Of a stretch of DNA of 64,000 nt, positions 25,917-38,700 are shown piece after piece. This stretch comes from Nymphaea colorata (lineage: Eukaryota), in NCBI RefSeq assembly GCF_008831285.2, contig NC_045138.2, positions 7,998,001-8,062,000 on the forward strand, given 5' to 3'. The first letter of the stretch is position 1, and every line of letters begins with the position of its first letter. The translations under genes and the position numbers were made by a program. The notes below the pieces were generated by a model. The model saw only the letters and a list, made by a program, of their open reading frames with translations, searched no databases and had not been told where the DNA came from.

Positions 25917-27691
25917 GTGCAATCTCTTGTTAAAAATTGTTTTCCTCTCTTAAAATCGGGTTGGAACACGTTTTCAAACTGGTTTTTAAGAAAATGGATA
26001 ATTTTATTGATTTTCGTAGTACAAAGATATGAAATCACTTTCATTTCATCTTAAAATTTGTTTAATTTCAGCACATACATAAGGTGTATGTCAGTTGTTG
26101 AAATCAGACCATGTTTTATAACAATTAGCTTAAGAATGTCAAATTTTATATATTTGAGATGTCAATTTTCAGCCACAAAGTGGCTATGTTTTGAAGAACA
26201 ATAGAAAGTTTCTAGCCCTACCTAATCGGCTCTCTAAAGCCTTTTAGAAATTTCTGATTTTATTTATTAATTTTCAGACTTACATGTGATTGATAGTGTC
26301 TCAAAACCAATGTAAGATCATACTTCAAAAACCCTAATCTTTGTATCCCTTGAAGAACAAGATCAAAAGTGTTTTAATAGTCCAAGAAATGAATGAATCT
26401 TCTAAGACAAGAATATGAAATTTTGTTTGATTTTGAGAAGAAAGAAAGATTCTTAGTACTCCACGACATGAGTGAGAACATATGGCACATGATTTTTGCC
26501 AACTTGGATGCTTAGTTCATATGGAGTAAAACTGAATTTATCATCTTCCAAGACTCAAACACTCTTAGAATCAATATTTTATCCATTTAAATCAGAATAA
26601 AATCCGATTTTATTTATGACAATTTGGAGGAAAAAGGACAATATCCATGTTTCCTCTATATTTTCAAGTTTGATTTTATTTTTATTTGCCTAATTCTGAA
26701 TTGTTTTGAGTTTCTCATCCATGAGTCAAGCTGATGGACTACATCTCTAATTCATGAGCTTAATAATGTGATGAGCACATTTAAGGAAAGTCCTACATTT
26801 TAATCAAAATCAATCTTCATGTATTGATTGTATGATGTGTGGTTGCAATAAATGGACTTTGAGAGATTGTGGGAGAGTGAAAAATGAATGTTTTATATGA
26901 ATGGACTTTGAGAAATTGTGAGGGAGTGAAAAATGAATGTTTTATATGAATGGACTTTGAGAGATTATGAGAAAGAGAAGAATGAATGCCTCATATAGTT
27001 TCCCTTTCTATTCTATGTATTCACTTTCACTTACAATCAATAGCACTATGTGCACATTCTTAAGAAATTAAGTGACTCAGATTTGAGTTGCAAATATGTT
27101 TAGAAAACAACACGTTTTCTAACAATTTGGAACTTATTTTTTATCAAAAGAATGAACTCTATCTAACCAAATCACACGATTTGACAAAAGAAGAATTCAA
27201 AATCAATTTTGTTTGCTAAGAAAACTTAGCTGTTTTTCAAAAGTTGAACATGTGATCACAATTTTAACTCATGAATCATCTTGAGTTCACAACAAAGAAC
27301 TCAATTTTAATCTTCAAAATCCCCAAGAATTGTGAATTTCAAATCAAATGGCACCAAAACAAAGATTTTTAAATCAACTTGAAAACCCTCTAATCTTCAA
27401 ATTCATTTTCAAAATAAGTTCAAATCACTTATTCAAAATGAATTTTGGTTCTTGAATCCAAAACCTTAATGCACTAGCATATAGGATTTGCATCAGTAAC
27501 TCGTACTTAATCCAAAATGATCCTTAGTTCTTGGTCCAATTACCCCTATTAAAGGCGGCAGAAACGGTTGGATCTCGTACCGACGGGTGGATCCCTTTCT
27601 CTTAAAATTTTTTCCTCAAAACCCTAAATTTTAAAAGAATTTTGTTGATTCGCATTTCAACACCCTTTGATAAAGGGGCTGGGTGTGAACA
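22634..27691 (+). repeat. Ogre 3' LTR (5058 bp) with internal ~570-bp and 140-bp tandem duplications
   Basis: TGTTAACACCCC...GTGAACA, collinear with the 5' LTR. Confidence 0.95.
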
Positions 27692-27696
27692 CTTAT

Positions 27697-27902
27697 ACTT
27701 AGGGTCAATCGAGAGATTACCCTAGACTGCGCCTCCTAGAAGCAAACTCTAAAATCTACAATTATTCTTCTTCTGTTTTGTGCTGCTGTCTTTTTCCTGT
27801 TTTCAGCTGCAGCCTTTGCACATACTGGAGACAAAGTGTTGCACAGACTAAGAGATGATTAGAAAGATCAAGGGTGCCATTCCACTGCATCAAGTCTCGA
27901 TA
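27697..27902 (+). repeat. 3' LTR of the degenerate Copia, right part
   Basis: From about 27735 it aligns to 2606-2774 (AAAATCTACAATTATTCTTC...AAGTCTC). Confidence 0.85.
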
Positions 27903-28085
27903 AGCTTCAGGTGGGAACCATTTGCCCTTCTAGAGGAGGGAGCGAAAAAGCGAGATTGACAAATAGAGAAAGGTCATTAGATTGAGAGAGTGTAAAAGAG
28001 GAAGACTAACTTCGTCTCTCGGTCGAGAGGGAGGGATATATAGAGAGAGAGACCAAGACAGAAGTATACCATGGGAGGCTAATAG

Positions 28086-28089
<4 letters not shown>

Positions 28090-28180
<91 letters not shown>
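28090..28180. repeat. Compound (TA)n(GA)n microsatellite
   Basis: Read directly from the sequence. Confidence 0.95.
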
Positions 28181-29783
28181 CTGCACAACCTTTCAATGAT
28201 TGAATTCTAGCTCAACATTCCCAAACCAAATAAATGCACAAAACGTAAGAGAGGTGGGAATGTGACTCATCCCCAATGGTTGACGCCCTAAGCAATTGTC
28301 ATAGCAGAAGAACCCAATTGTTGTTGTGTGGAAGAAGTCGGGACACACAAAAGGCAAATGCTGGAACCTAAATGGCAAACCAGCTGGACGCAAGAATTTC
28401 AGGAAATGTGTCAAAAGTTGAAGATGACAACATAACTAAACTTGCTAAGCTGCTGCAATGGGTGGCACAATCTCATCTGGCAGACCGACTCCATGAATGT
28501 AATTTCCATTAGTAAGAAAACAATGGGACTAAATTGTGATGTCATATTCTCCAATGACAAGGTAATTCTCAAGATCAGAAGTCTTGGAAGATGATTGCGG
28601 AAGGGTGAGGATTGGGAGGATTATACCACGTCAGTGTATCTTTATTTCATGTTTTTTCAACAACATTGAATAAAAGGAAGTCTTACCTGGACATTGCAGA
28701 CTGGGGCACCCCTCGAGTCATGTTCTCAAGCACTTTTTTTTCCAAATACATTAACATGTTCAGATGTACGTGAAGCCTGTGAGATCGCAAAGATGACTAG
28801 GATTGCTTTTCCCAAGTTTGAAATAAAATGCAAAAATAGTTACTTTGACCTGGTGCATGCCGATGTCTATGGTCCTGCCCCAGTCATTCCTTTCTCTAAT
28901 TTCAAATAAGTTTTACTATTTGTCGACAACAAATCCAGAATGAGTTGGACATATCTTGTGTCAAGGAAAAGTGAAGTGCTATCATGCTTTAACAATTCTA
29001 CCAAATGATTCTTACTCAATATAACAAAAAAAAAACTATAATTTTGAGAACAAATGACGACGATGGATTTGTGAATGCCAAATTTGAAAAATTTCTCAAA
29101 GAACACAGGATCTTGCCTCAGATTACATGTTCAGGGACACCCCAACAAAAAAGGGGTTTGTAAGAGGAAAAATCGGCACTCACTAGATAATACTAGAGCT
29201 TTATGTTTGAAATAAATGTTCCATCAAAATTCTGGTCTGACATAGTTACAAATGTCTGCTACATGATTAATCCATCTCAAACCAAGAAGCATGGAGATAA
29301 AAGTCTGTGTGAAATACTGAATGGAAGAAAACATCAATTAAACACTTAAAAGTGTTTGGGTTGTCTAGGTTATGTACATTTGCAAGAGAAAGACAAAAAC
29401 AAACTAGAAAAAAAGAGAAGCAAGTTGTTTATCTTTGGGACATTCTTCAATGAAAATGGATACAAATGCCTCAACATCAGTACAAACAAGTTCTATATCC
29501 AGAGATGTTAAATTTGTTGAAGAACAATATTTTGATGTCACAGGAAACCTTAGCAATTAGAGAGAGCAAATAGATTAGACACAGCTCACCATAATAGGTT
29601 TTCTAAAGAAAAAGGGTACTTGCGAATTATTGGAGCTACCACCTAGGAAACAAAAAGTTGGTTGTAGATGGACATAAAAATTAAGTATAAGAGCAATGGT
29701 GAGATTGAAAGGCATAAAACCAGAGTCATGCCAAAGGAGATTACACAAATTAAAGGTACAGATTTTCATGAAAACCTTCATGC

Positions 29784-29953
29784 TAGAGGTGAGGCACATA
29801 TGGGCTGCTGTGGGTAGTTGTCAATACCAGCCCTTCAATATTTTTTTATATTAATATTTTCAACTACTTTTATGTTGTGTACATAGTGCCCCTTTGGATT
29901 TAGAAATCTGTGAATGACTTCCCCTCCAGAAATTTTTTCTGGCTTCGCCACTG
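29784..29953. mobile_element. Short hAT-like MITE (CAGTGGCGAAGCC-type TIR) inserted in the Copia RT
   Basis: Right end GGCTTCGCCACTG, degenerate left end TAGAGGTGAGGCA. Interrupts the ETF-AP-VAKM region. Similar to 56491-56668. TSD is degenerate (5 of 8). Confidence 0.65.
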
Positions 29954-30817
29954 TTGCATACTCTAGCTAAAATGAAACACTATCTGCATTCTTTTATCAG
30001 TTGCAACAGTCAAGAACTAGACATTATATCAAGAATGCCTTCCTACATGGTGATCTTAAGGAGGAGATATATATGGGCATACCACCTAGTCTATACGTAA
30101 GTGCAAAAAAAATTGAAGTAAAAAATATAGGTTGCAAGCTTAGGAAATACTACATGGACTCTAGCAGCCACTTGGAGCCTAGTTTGAGAAATCAAGTGAA
30201 AAGTTGCTGAAAACGGGGTATCAAAAGAGTTCGGCTTACCACTCCCAATTAACACACACAATCAAGGAAGAAATTTTGGTAGCAGCATTTTGTGTGGACA
30301 ACATAGTCATCACTGGTAGTGGTACATATTTCATAAAGAAAACCAAGAGTACACTGCAAAAATTCAAAATTGAGGATCTTGGAGTATTTCTTAGATATAG
30401 AAGTGGCTCATTCACGGCATGGAATTTTCATCTGCTAATGCAAGTATATTTTAAATTTCTTAAAAGGGACTGGCATGCTGAATTCAAAAGCAGTTAATAC
30501 CCCAATGTAAACAAATTTTGAAGTGGACAAGAGATGGAGACTGATCACCGACCCTGCAAGTTTTCAATGACTAGTGGGCAGACTGATGTACCTCATTGTA
30601 ACATGACCTCACCTCGTGTATGTAGTGAACGTGTTCAGCTAATTCATGCATAGCCTATGAAAACCTCATTTGATTGCATTACACTGGGTACTATGCTACT
30701 TGAAAGCTACCGTAAACATGGGAATTTCTATGAGACAAATGGGGCAACTTGATATAGTTGGGTATGCCAACGCTTATTGCGCGAGGAACCCGAATCACAG
30801 GAAATGAAAAACAGGGT

Positions 30818-32677
30818 TGTTCGGACCCCACCCCTTTTTCAAACGGGGTTGAAATGCGAATCAACAAAATTCTTTTAAAATTGAGGGTTCTGAGAAAAAA
30901 AATTTAAGAAAAAGGGATCCACCCATTGGTACGAGGTCCAACCATTCCTTCCACCATTAACAGGAGTAATTCGACCAAGGACTAAGGGTCACTTGGATCA
31001 TGTACGAGTTGTTGATGCAAATCCTATATGCTTATGCATTGAGGTTTTGGATTCAAGAACCAAAATTCATTTTGAATGTGTGATTTGAACTTGTTTTGAA
31101 AATAAATTTGAAGATTGCAGGGTTTTTAAGTTTATTTAAAAACGTTTGTTTTGGTGCCCTTAAAAATCCACAATTCTTGAGGATATTGAATATTAAAATT
31201 GAGTTCTTTGTTGTGAACTCAAAATGGTTCATGAGTTGAAATTGTGACTGTCTTATCATCAACTTTTGGGAAAATAGCTAAGTTTCCAAAATTGATTTTG
31301 AGTTTTTCTTTTGATAGAACATAGGTTCCAAATTGTTAAAAAACATATTGTTTTCTAAACATATTTTGGCCAAGACTGTGAATGCATTGCTTGTGTTTTC
31401 TTTTAATGTTAAGTGAAGTTTACAAATTCTTGTTGTAATATGACTTGGTCACATTTGCAACTCAAATTTGAATCACTTAATTTCTTGATAATGTGCATGT
31501 GGTGCTATTGATTTTAAGTGAAAGTGAATGCATGGAATAGAAACGAAAACTATATGAGACATTTATCCTTCTCTCTCTCATAATCTCTGAAAGTCAATTC
31601 ATTGTAATTACATGTCATACATTCTACACATAAAGATTTATTTTAATTAAAATGTAGGACTTTCTCTAAATGTGCTTATTATATTATTAAGTACATGAAT
31701 TAGAGATGCAGTCCACAAGCTTGAGTCATGGATGAGAAACTCAAAACAATTAAGAACTAGGCAAATGAGGATGAAATCAAACTTTAAAATATAGAGAAAA
31801 TGTGGATATCATCCTTTTTCCTCAAAATTGTTATAAAAATCAGATTTCATTCTGATTTAAATGGATTAAATTTAAAATATTGATTCTAAGGGTGTTCGAC
31901 TCTTGGAAAATGATGAAATTTGGTTTTACTCCATATGAACTAAGCATCAAGTTGGCAAAACTCACATGCCACATGTTCTCATTCACGTCATGGGGTTCTA
32001 AGAACCTTTTTTTCTCCCGAAAATCAAACAAAATTCCATATTCTTGTCCTAGAAGATCCGTTCATTTCTTGGATTATGAAAACACTTTTGATCTTGTTCT
32101 TTAAGGGATACAAAGATTAGGGTTTTTGAAATGAGATCTAACATTGTTTCTAAGACTCAATCAATCACATGTAAGTCTGAAAATTGGTGAATGAAATAAG
32201 AAATTTCTAAAAGGCTTTTAGGGAGCCGATTAGGTAGGAGTAGAACCTTTTTATTATTCTTCAAAACCTAATCACTTTGTGGCTGAAAATTGACATCACA
32301 AATATATAAAATTTGATATTCTTAAGCTAATTCCAACAAAACATAGTCTGATTTTAACAACTTACATACACCTTACATATGAATTGCTGAAAATAAAAGA
32401 AAATTTAAGATGAAATAAAATGATTTCATAGCCTTGTACTACGAAAATCAACAAAATGATCCCCTTTTCTTTAAAAATCAGTTTGGAAATGTGTTCCAAC
32501 CTGATTTTAAAAGGAAAAAATGATTTTTAACAAGAGATTGCATGTGTATATATATAAGAATATATATATATATATATATATATATACGTACCCTACTTTT
32601 CAAAATAAAATTTTATCAAAGGACCACATGACTCATGAATCATGATGATTCATAGCTGGATTCTTTAATGTAGGAAG

Positions 32678-32738
<61 letters not shown>

Positions 32739-35168
32739 GTACCCTACTTTTCAAAATAAAATTTTATCAAAGGACCACATGACTCATGAATCATGATGAT
32801 TCATAGCTGGATTCTTTAATGTAGGAAGATTGAAAACTTGTTTCCAATCTCCTCTACCAGCCTTGATCAATTAAATTGAAAGACATAAATCCAAATGACT
32901 TTAAATTAGAAGGAAAACAAAATAATGTTCAAGCTAATTCATCCATAATTTTGCCATGCAAGAGTGGATCACATTTATGAGAATGTATACATCCCTAATA
33001 GGCATTTTCATCACATATGTTGCAGCAAAATCACTCTCTCACCATGGGATTCTCTCATGGTAAGAAGTTCAAATTGGTTTTAAACTTGTTGTTTTGAAAG
33101 GGACGTGGCCTTGGGGCCCTTTTCAAAATTTGATGCATGAGCTAGTCTTTTTAGGAAAGCCGACTCATGCATGCGTTTATGCATTAACATATACATTCAA
33201 TCGTAGGTTTTCCCTAACTGGACATCATTCCCAGCTATAAAATAAATGAAAATAAACCCCTCCTACGAGTTGCTGAAATTAAACTGAACCAACAAAAAAC
33301 TAAAGTATATGAGAAGTGAGTTAAAATTATCTACCTTGCAGTCGGTTTTGATACTTGATCTTCTTCTTCACTTGTTTTCTAAATCGAGCAATCCTAACCA
33401 AGAATCTAGCTTGGATTTGAGCTTAGCAAAGCTAGAAGAAGAATAGCTTGCTTGCTGGAATTTGGAGTGGAAAAGAGATCTTCTCTCCACGAAAATCCTA
33501 TGAGTTTACTTAAGCACCCTCACTTAGCAAACTCGATAGAGAGAATAGAGGAAATGAAGAATAAAATGAAAGAGAAGGGGGAAGAAGGTTGGACGAATCT
33601 TCTTTCTCTTCCGTAGCTTCTCCCTCCTAGCTTCTTGGCTGCAGCAACCTGATGGAATCTTCAAAATTTCGTCCCCCCCCCCACTAGGTGGCCAATGGGA
33701 GGTTTATATAGAGGAGGAGGTGGGCGCAACCACCTTCCTAACTCACCTTGGGAACTCACTTAAGACCTCGGGGACTTGTAAAATGAGTTAAAGAGGGTTT
33801 AATAGCTCTAGTTGACCATTCTTAGTCCATTTGCACGAGCTAGGTGGGCTGAGATAGGTGTAGTCAACCTTGGTTCAGACCTAGCTGAGTAACTTTGTCC
33901 AAAATTTTGGATGAAAATGCCCTTGCACTGGATTTTGCTTTATTTTGCTCTATTTATTATTTTCTTGGTTTGAAATTAAGCTTGTTAGGTTAAAACCAAG
34001 TTGTTAAGCTCTAAATGTTATTGAATTATGACAATTCAATTAAAATTTGAATAAAATTTGAAAATTTTATCAAATTTGATTCGAAAATGGTATTTTCATT
34101 CATAACTTGATTAAAGATGGATTTCAGCTGAAGCAAACTTTGGTTTGAAATATTGAACTTTAATTTGATATTTGATTTATATATTTGAAAAATCCAAATG
34201 TATATTTTTCTTTCATAAACCAATTTAGGCTTCATAATCTCAATTTGATCAGAGAAGGGTAAAATTATCCAGATTGATCAATTTACACCAATTGACCAAA
34301 GTCAAAGCTCATTTGTGAGTAGTTTGACTTTGTTTGAGGTAATTTGATGAATTTAAGCTAAAAAAGCTCTTAATTGAGCTAAATTGTACTTTGACTGAGC
34401 TTAGTCAAAGTGGGTTTGATTCGGCCAAAGTCTATTTTTGTCTAATGATTGAGTCGCGGGACAGACCTACCCTTTTGACTGAGCTGAGCCCATTTTGACC
34501 GAACCTAGCTTAAATTGACATCACATTTGGGTGCACCCGGGTCAAACCTACTTGGATTAAGTAGGTTAGGTGAGTTTAATTCCAACACTTATTGTTTCTT
34601 TAGAATTTGATTTTTCTTTAACTAAGGGAGAGAGAGAGAGAGAGAGATTAATGTCTCTCTTTTCCTATGAACTCTTATTCATTGCCTCTTGAAAATGATT
34701 TTTCTCATTTAATTGAGATGAAATATTTATATTTTTTTAAAATGGGGGTGTGTGACCCCTGGGGTGGCTCTTGACTACACGGGCTGGGTGGGGCCCACAC
34801 GTGGGTCCCACATAACATTTTAGACCAAATTAGATCAAATTCTTGGATTTGAAACAAAATTTGGATTTTTCAATTGGATTTGGATTTCAAATGACATTTG
34901 CAATTGGATTTGGATGTCAAATGACATTTGTAATTGGATTTGGATGTCAAATGACATTTGTAATTGGATTTGGATGTAAAATCCTAATTTGGACATAGTT
35001 TGAACTCGTAATCCTACATTGGGATTCATGCCTTGGGTTAAATTCATGATTTGTATCTAAATTGTTCTTTAGATTCGAAAATGGCTTTGCAATTGCATTT
35101 TACACAATTCTTTTGTAAAATTTTGACATTGCTTCAATTTTGATGTGGAAAAATTTGGGGTGTTAACA
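30818..35168 (-). mobile_element. Solo LTR (4351 bp) of the same Ogre family, inverted
   Basis: Reverse complement of the Ogre LTRs, ending GGGGTGTTAACA. Perfect TSD AGGGT at 30813-30817 and 35169-35173. No internal domain. Confidence 0.95.
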
Positions 35169-35712
35169 AGGGTATTGTTGCTTCATGGAGGCAATTTGGT
35201 GACATGGAGAAGTGAAAAGTAAGCATGGTGGTAAGGTCAAGTGTACAGGCCGAATATCGGTCTATAACACTAGATACTTGAGAATTACTTTGGATCAAAT
35301 ATAAACCAAATGGTATGGGAGTTAAAGTCAAGAATTCAATTGAGTTAAAGTGTGATAATCCGGCAGCATTTCACATAGGTGCCAATCTTCTTCCATGAAA
35401 GAATAAAACATATTGAAGTGGATGGCCACTTCATTCGAAAAAAATTCAAGCAAAGATGATTACTCTACTCATGGGATAAGTAGCCTGCAGCTTGAACACA
35501 TTTTCACTAAACCACTTGCAGGAGAATGCTTTCAAAATATAGTCTACAGGTTGGGCATTACAGAAACTGCGTCACCGATTTGAGGAGAGTGTTATGGGAG
35601 ACTATAGGGAAAAAATAATTAGATATAAAGTGATAGAATTCTAATTTTCTTGGTTTTCTCTATACTCTGAGCATGCCACATTCTGTGATTGCTCTGTCTC
35701 CACCATAAATCG

Positions 35713-38700
35713 AGACTTGCTTGCCTATATTCTTACTTTTTCCTTTGTTTTGAAAGATCTCTTCTATTCCTTGCTTTCAAAAGAGCAAACCTTTAATCAC
35801 ATTCCACCTTGAAAAAATGCATCCAAGTTTAATTCTGTGTTTTTCCTAAAGCTCATGATTTCTTTGTCATTGTTAGGTAGAAAAGAAGCTTCCTGGACAT
35901 GTGGGTAGTTCTGACTAGACAAACAGTGGAAGCACACATCTTTATTACTTGTGCAAAAGGTGAAGCCTCTTGAAAGCTGAACTAGTGTCTGTCCTGTTAT
36001 GTGTTGTGGCAGTTTTTAATTAAGAGGACCCTCCCAAAATGAGTGATGCTAGCACAAATTCCAAGAGCCGGTACAAGGGAGAAAGAATCAAACACGTGAA
36101 TGACAACCAAGGATGAATGCAACATGCAGCAATTTTCATGGATTCAACCAAATACATTATGCATATTGTGAAAATAAACAAGTGTAATCATGAGTACACA
36201 TTCCTGGAAATGCCGCCCAGTTTATAGAAGACAAGTACATCATGCAATTTCACTTATTGCCAATAATTTTACATCGATGCAATGCCGAAAAAATCAAGTT
36301 CCTTCTGACTATTGATGTCAGCCAACTAGATTGCAGAGGCACATTTATATGCTCACCTAGAAGAAGGCACGCAATAGTGTACTCCAATGTTGCCTCTAGT
36401 TATTTTATCGATTTTGGGTTCGATGAACTGGGTGCGTACATGAAGAACCCCATCATAAACATGATAAGAGAGCCAGATCAGACCATTTTCTAAAGGAACA
36501 AACCTGTTGGTTTATCCTTTCATCAATCTAAAGTTTCTCAAAATACTAACTCCAGAAGTTGGTTGAGAATAAGACCTATAAAAACTTCAATAATATTCCA
36601 AGGTTTTGACATTCTTCAGTTAACATTGTTAATAGAAATGATAAGGAGACTCTTAGAAAGAATCAACTCTCATCATTTAAAGTGAATCACTTGGGAGATG
36701 AAAAGTCATCTCTCTTAACTACCCAAAGGGACCTCGTATGTATCTCCTCTATATAAAGGAATCTCTCTACCAAAGGAATGAAAGTCATAAATGATAGAGT
36801 AGTGGACGTAGGCCTATTGGCTGAACCACTTTAAAAATTCATGTCCTTTTTTAATTATTTCTTCATTTTGATTTCAACTAGCCACTGCATCCAAACCTGT
36901 TGATGAATATGATCTTGTTCTTCAAATTCTTAGAGGATTGTCAAGTCAATATCTTGCCTTTAAATTCAGTATGGAAACGCAAAAGGACCCTGTCTTTTTT
37001 AATGAACTTCATGAGCTTCTTCTCATACAAGAAGCCAAGTTAAATAAGATGATTCTCAAGCTTTTGAATCTATTATGTCTACTGCGAATATTGTCTCAAA
37101 ACAGGTTTATAACAGGCAAACTAACTACAGAGGTCATGGTAGAAACAACTACCAATCTAGAGGAGAAGGATGAAAAAATGAGTTTTGTGTAACAAATATG
37201 TGGAAAAGTTGGTCATATTGCAAAGTTTTGTTGGTCATATACTAATTTGCTTAAAGAAAAAGAGACAATGTCGCCTCAAGAATATCATGCAGTTTCTTCT
37301 AGCACTCTGAATCAAGACATTGGAGTTGACAATTGGTATCCTGACTCTGGTGCGACTCATCACATCACCAATGATATTAACAACTTGTCCATTCATGCCA
37401 AATACAGAGGTGGAGATGCAGTAAAAATCAGAGATGAATCAGGGAATAGGGAAAATTTTTCGTCAAGGAACTAATAGTGATGGGCTATATAAGATGGACC
37501 TTGCTAGCAGGACAAAGAAAGCTCAGCTTGGAAAAAGACAGACTATTGGACAGTGGCACAAAAGACTTGGTCACCCTTCATTTCCATTGTTAAGAAGGTT
37601 TTGAACAAGTGTGGTTTGTCTTATTATGATGATTGTTTGAACTGTTTGTGTGAACATTGTCAAAATGTTAACAGCCATAAACTTCTATTAACGCTATTTC
37701 AAATAAGGTGAAATGCTCGCTTGAACTCATTTATTCTGATATATGGGGTCTAGCTTCGGTGGAGAGTGTAAGTGGTTTCAAGTACTATGTGATTTTTATG
37801 GTTGTCTTTTCAAGGTATACTTGGATTTATTTGAAAAAAAAATCAGACGTTAGCCATATTTTCAAATCTTTCAAGGCACTTTCTGTAAATCTCACTAGAC
37901 ACAAGATATTTCACTTAGATTCAAAAAGAGATTTCAAAGGCTTCAATCAAATCTTGTCAATAATGGGATTAGACATAGAATATCATGTCCTCATACCCTG
38001 AACAAAATGGAGCAGCAAAAAGAAGACACTAACATATTGTTGAAACATGTTTATTTCTAATGGTAGAAGGTAATATTTCCAAGAACTTTTGGTCCTATGC
38101 TTTTTGTACTGCAATTTACTTGATTAACCGAATGCCAACCAAGATTCTTGATTTTGCTTCTCCTTTGGAACAATTGTTCAAAAAGGCACCTGAATGGCTT
38201 CCTCAAAATCTTTGGATGTGAATGTTTTTCTTGTTTAAGAGCTTATCAGAAAAACAAATTAGATTACCGACTTGAAAGATATGTTTTCCTGGGCTATGCT
38301 CCTCAACATAAATGGTATTATTTTTTGAGTGTATAAACCGGTAAAATATATATGTCGAGATATGTCCAATTTAATGAGAGGAAGTTTCCTTTTATTGATA
38401 CTCAAGAAACCAGAACTCAAGATCTAGAAAGTTAAAATCTAGTTATCATTTTAACCTCCCCTTACAAATACCAGTTCTCAAACCCTACAATATCATCACC
38501 TAGTACCTCACAACATCAGGGGAACCCTTACTTCAGTCTGAAACAAATAGTGAATCTCAACTTGAAACTCTTGGAAATGAGGAGCGAACCCAATCCAATG
38601 AAAATGATCCAAATCAAGAACGAGTCCATCCTATGACTACTAGATCTCAAGTAGGAACTATCAAACCCAATCCTAAATACAATGAATTATATATATATTT

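Larger units (their letters stand above)
9450..27691 (+). mobile_element. Ty3/Gypsy Tat/Ogre-lineage LTR retrotransposon, full structure but pseudogenised
   Basis: TG...CA LTRs of 3.9 and 5.1 kb. TSD CTTAT at 9445-9449 and 27692-27696. Arg-type PBS and a PPT. Domain order extra ORF, gag, PR, G-patch, RT, RH, aRH, INT. Confidence 0.95.
2448..27902 (+). mobile_element. Degenerate non-autonomous Ty1/Copia LTR element hosting nested hAT and Ogre insertions
   Basis: 5' LTR 2448-2774 followed by Met-type PBS TGGTATTAGAG. 3' LTR starts at 9283, is split by the Ogre and ends near 27902. Possible gag remnant near 5920-5975 and RNase H C-terminal remnants at 8790-9050 (MIASIITKK...KLVVQMGL). Flanks CCCTT / AGCTT match only 3 of 5. 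Confidence 0.7.
28185..35705 (+). mobile_element. Highly decayed, 5'-truncated Ty1/Copia retrotransposon
   Basis: Knuckle KKSGHTKGKCWNLNGKP near 28330, HCRLGHPS near 28690, LVHADVYGPAP, IKNAFLHGDLKEEIYMGIPP. RNase H is split by the solo LTR and continues with KHIEVDGHFIR near 35405. PPT TGAGGAGAG at 35581, then an LTR-like TGTTATG at 35590. Both outer boundaries are approximate. Confidence 0.8.

Noticed and set aside
25799..28196. ORFs with YIYIYI or SLSLSL runs (also 56110-56445)
   Set aside because: They are microsatellite read-through.
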